Of a stretch of DNA of 64,000 nucleotides, positions 62,415-64,000 are shown one piece after another. Each line of letters begins with the position of its first letter. Position 1 is the stretch's first letter. A model generated the notes under the pieces. That model worked only from the letters and a program-made list of their open reading frames with translations, ran no database searches and was not told the DNA's origin. The translations under genes were made by a program, and so were the position numbers. The DNA comes from an uncultured Acidobacteriota bacterium (GTDB taxonomy: Bacteria > Acidobacteriota > Thermoanaerobaculia > UBA5066 > Gp7-AA6). The stretch spans positions 54,562-118,561 of the forward strand of contig CAWHTA010000005.1 in the NCBI GenBank assembly GCA_963832145.1. Reading direction: 5' to 3'.

Positions 62415-62430
62415 TGGCAGTGGCGTTGCT
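62415..62430 (+). promoter_or_regulatory. Sigma54 -24/-12 promoter
   Basis: TGGCAGTGGCGTTGCT (GG-N10-GC), with repeated CGGACA motifs at 62313-62362 as a possible enhancer. Confidence 0.7.
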
Positions 62431-62447
62431 AATGCACTGTCAGGAAG

Positions 62448-63725
62448 ATGATCGAAAACCTCTCGACAATGGACAAGGTGATCGCGAAGCCGAAGGGCCT
62501 CTCGCGTCGCTCGCTTTTCGCCATCGGCGCGGGGGTCGTCGTCCTTCTGCTCGTCGTCCTCGCTCTGCCGATGATCACCCGCTGGTCCCGCGCGGATCGT
62601 TCGGTCCCGGCGGCGAGCGTCCGGGTGGGCGAGGTCACGCGCGGAACGCTCGTCCGGGACGCGTCCGCCCAGGGTCGGATCGTCGCCTCCCTCCACCCCA
62701 CGCTCTTCTCCCCCGCCGCGGGCATCGTGACGCTCGCCGTCAAGGCCGGCTCCGAAGTGAAGAAGGGGCAGTTGCTCGCGCAGATCGAGAGTCCCGAGCT
62801 TCGCTCCCGCCTCGAGCAGGAGCGTTCCACCTTCCTGACGCTCCAGTCTTCCCTCTCTCGCGGAAAGATCGCGGCGCGCCAGAGCGTGCTCAAGAACGCG
62901 CAGAACGTGAGCCTCCTCGAGCTGCGGCTCCAGGCGGCGCGCCGGCTCCTCGAGCGCGCGGACCGCGTGGTGAGCGAAGGGCTGATGAACAAGACCGACT
63001 ACGAAAAGGCGCAGGACGACGTCAAGATCGCCGAGCTCGAGCTGAAGAACGCGCGCGCGACGACGGGTCTCGAGGCCGACACCGCGAGTTTCGAAGTGCG
63101 CGAAGCGCAGCTCCAGGCGGAGCGCCAGGCCTCCGCGGTCACGGAGCTCCAGCGCCAGGTGGACCGCCTCGCGATCGAGGCGCCTTTCGACGGGATGGTC
63201 GCGTCGGTGAGCGTCCAGGATCGCGACGCCGTCGCCTCGAACGCACCGATTCTGACTGTCGTCAACCTCACCCAGTACGAGATCGAGATCACCCTGCCCG
63301 AGAACTACGGTGCGGAGGTCCTTCCGGGCACACGCGCCGAGATCCTCTACGAGGGCAAGGAGTATCCGGGCAAGGTCACGGCGATCTCGCCGGAAGTCCG
63401 CGACAGCCAGGTGACCGGCACCGTCGTCTTCGACGGGACGGCGCCGCAGGGATTGAAGCAGAGCCAGCGCGTGAGCGTCCGCATGGTGTTCGAGAACAAG
63501 CCGAACGTCCTGAAGGTGCCGCGCGGACCCTTCCTCGAGGCCGGCGGCGGCCGACAGGTCTACGTCGTGGCCGCGGACGGCATGGCCACGCCGCGCGCGA
63601 TCGAGGTCGGCGCCGTCAGCGTGTCCGAAGTGGAGATCCTGAAGGGCCTCTCCGAGGGCGAGAAGGTCATCCTCTCCGATACGACCGATTTCGCCGGCGC
63701 GAAGAGCGTCCTCCTCCGGAAGTGA
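62448..63725 (+). CDS. Efflux periplasmic adaptor subunit (HlyD/MacA-like)
   Basis: TM anchor, lipoyl half-motifs SPAAGIV..VKKGQLL and IEAPFDG, coiled coil, and GLSEGEKVI. Confidence 0.9.
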   Translation: MIENLSTMDKVIAKPKGLSRRSLFAIGAGVVVLLLVVLALPMITRWSRADRSVPAASVRVGEVTRGTLVRDASAQGRIVASLHPTLFSPAAGIVTLAVKAGSEVKKGQLLAQIESPELRSRLEQERSTFLTLQSSLSRGKIAARQSVLKNAQNVSLLELRLQAARRLLERADRVVSEGLMNKTDYEKAQDDVKIAELELKNARATTGLEADTASFEVREAQLQAERQASAVTELQRQVDRLAIEAPFDGMVASVSVQDRDAVASNAPILTVVNLTQYEIEITLPENYGAEVLPGTRAEILYEGKEYPGKVTAISPEVRDSQVTGTVVFDGTAPQGLKQSQRVSVRMVFENKPNVLKVPRGPFLEAGGGRQVYVVAADGMATPRAIEVGAVSVSEVEILKGLSEGEKVILSDTTDFAGAKSVLLRK

Positions 63726-63733
63726 GGTCGCCC

Positions 63734-63856
63734 GTGAAGACCGGCCGCCTGAAGCTCGTCCTCCTCGTGTTCCTCTATCTCCTCGCGCTCGGCTTCGCCG
63801 CCGTCGAGTCGCGCTCTCCGAAAGCGTCAGCGGCGCAGACCCAGGGCGGCCAGTGA
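63734..63856 (+). CDS. Putative 40-aa membrane/secreted peptide
   Basis: GAGG SD plus GTG; MKTGRLKLVLLVFLYLLALGFAAVESRSPKASAAQTQGGQ. Confidence 0.5.
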   Translation: MKTGRLKLVLLVFLYLLALGFAAVESRSPKASAAQTQGGQ

Positions 63857-63882
63857 TCGCCCGGATCAAGGAGTAAACGTCG

Positions 63883-64000
63883 ATGCTTTCCATGAGGGGT
63901 ATCCAGAAGGTGTATCGGACCGACCTGATCGAGACCTTCGCGCTCCACGACTTCTCCGTCGACGTGAAGGCGGGCGAGTTCGTGGCGGTGATGGGACGTT
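63883..64000 (+). CDS. ABC transporter ATP-binding protein, MacB/LolD type (partial)
   Basis: AAGGAG SD; MLSMRGIQKVYRTDLIETFALHDFSVDVKAGEFVAVMG leads into Walker A. Confidence 0.85.
   Translation, partial: MLSMRGIQKVYRTDLIETFALHDFSVDVKAGEFVAVMGR

Overview
GC-rich bacterial chromosomal DNA, most consistent with Acidobacteriota (Thermoanaerobaculia-like gene content; inferred, not searched). Several blocks carry many single-base indels, even in essential genes, which points to an unpolished long-read assembly. The first ~3.3 kb (def-fmt-PASTA-rpe-bamD) looks like DNA of different origin joined inside bamD. The rest contains an accessory ACP/FabG/AT/dehydratase-like cluster, a partial complex I operon (nuoA,E-H,J-N) with rex and a perfect Rex operator, gdh, an amidase, dacB, a nuclease-DinG helicase, a PP2C phosphatase, rodZ, an aroD-aroE/trpEGDCFBA operon with a Trp-leader attenuator, cysS, def, ileS-lspA-lgt-rluD and a sigma54-type efflux operon. 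The best novelty candidate is a more AT-rich island at ~26.3-30.4 kb on the minus strand. It has a 10-codon micro-ORF (MPSLRGSVPN) with a perfect Shine-Dalgarno (SD) site and its own hairpin. Two tandem modules follow, each a sigma-region-2-only protein plus a paralogous TPR-like protein, and the island ends in a coupled 49-aa basic ORF.
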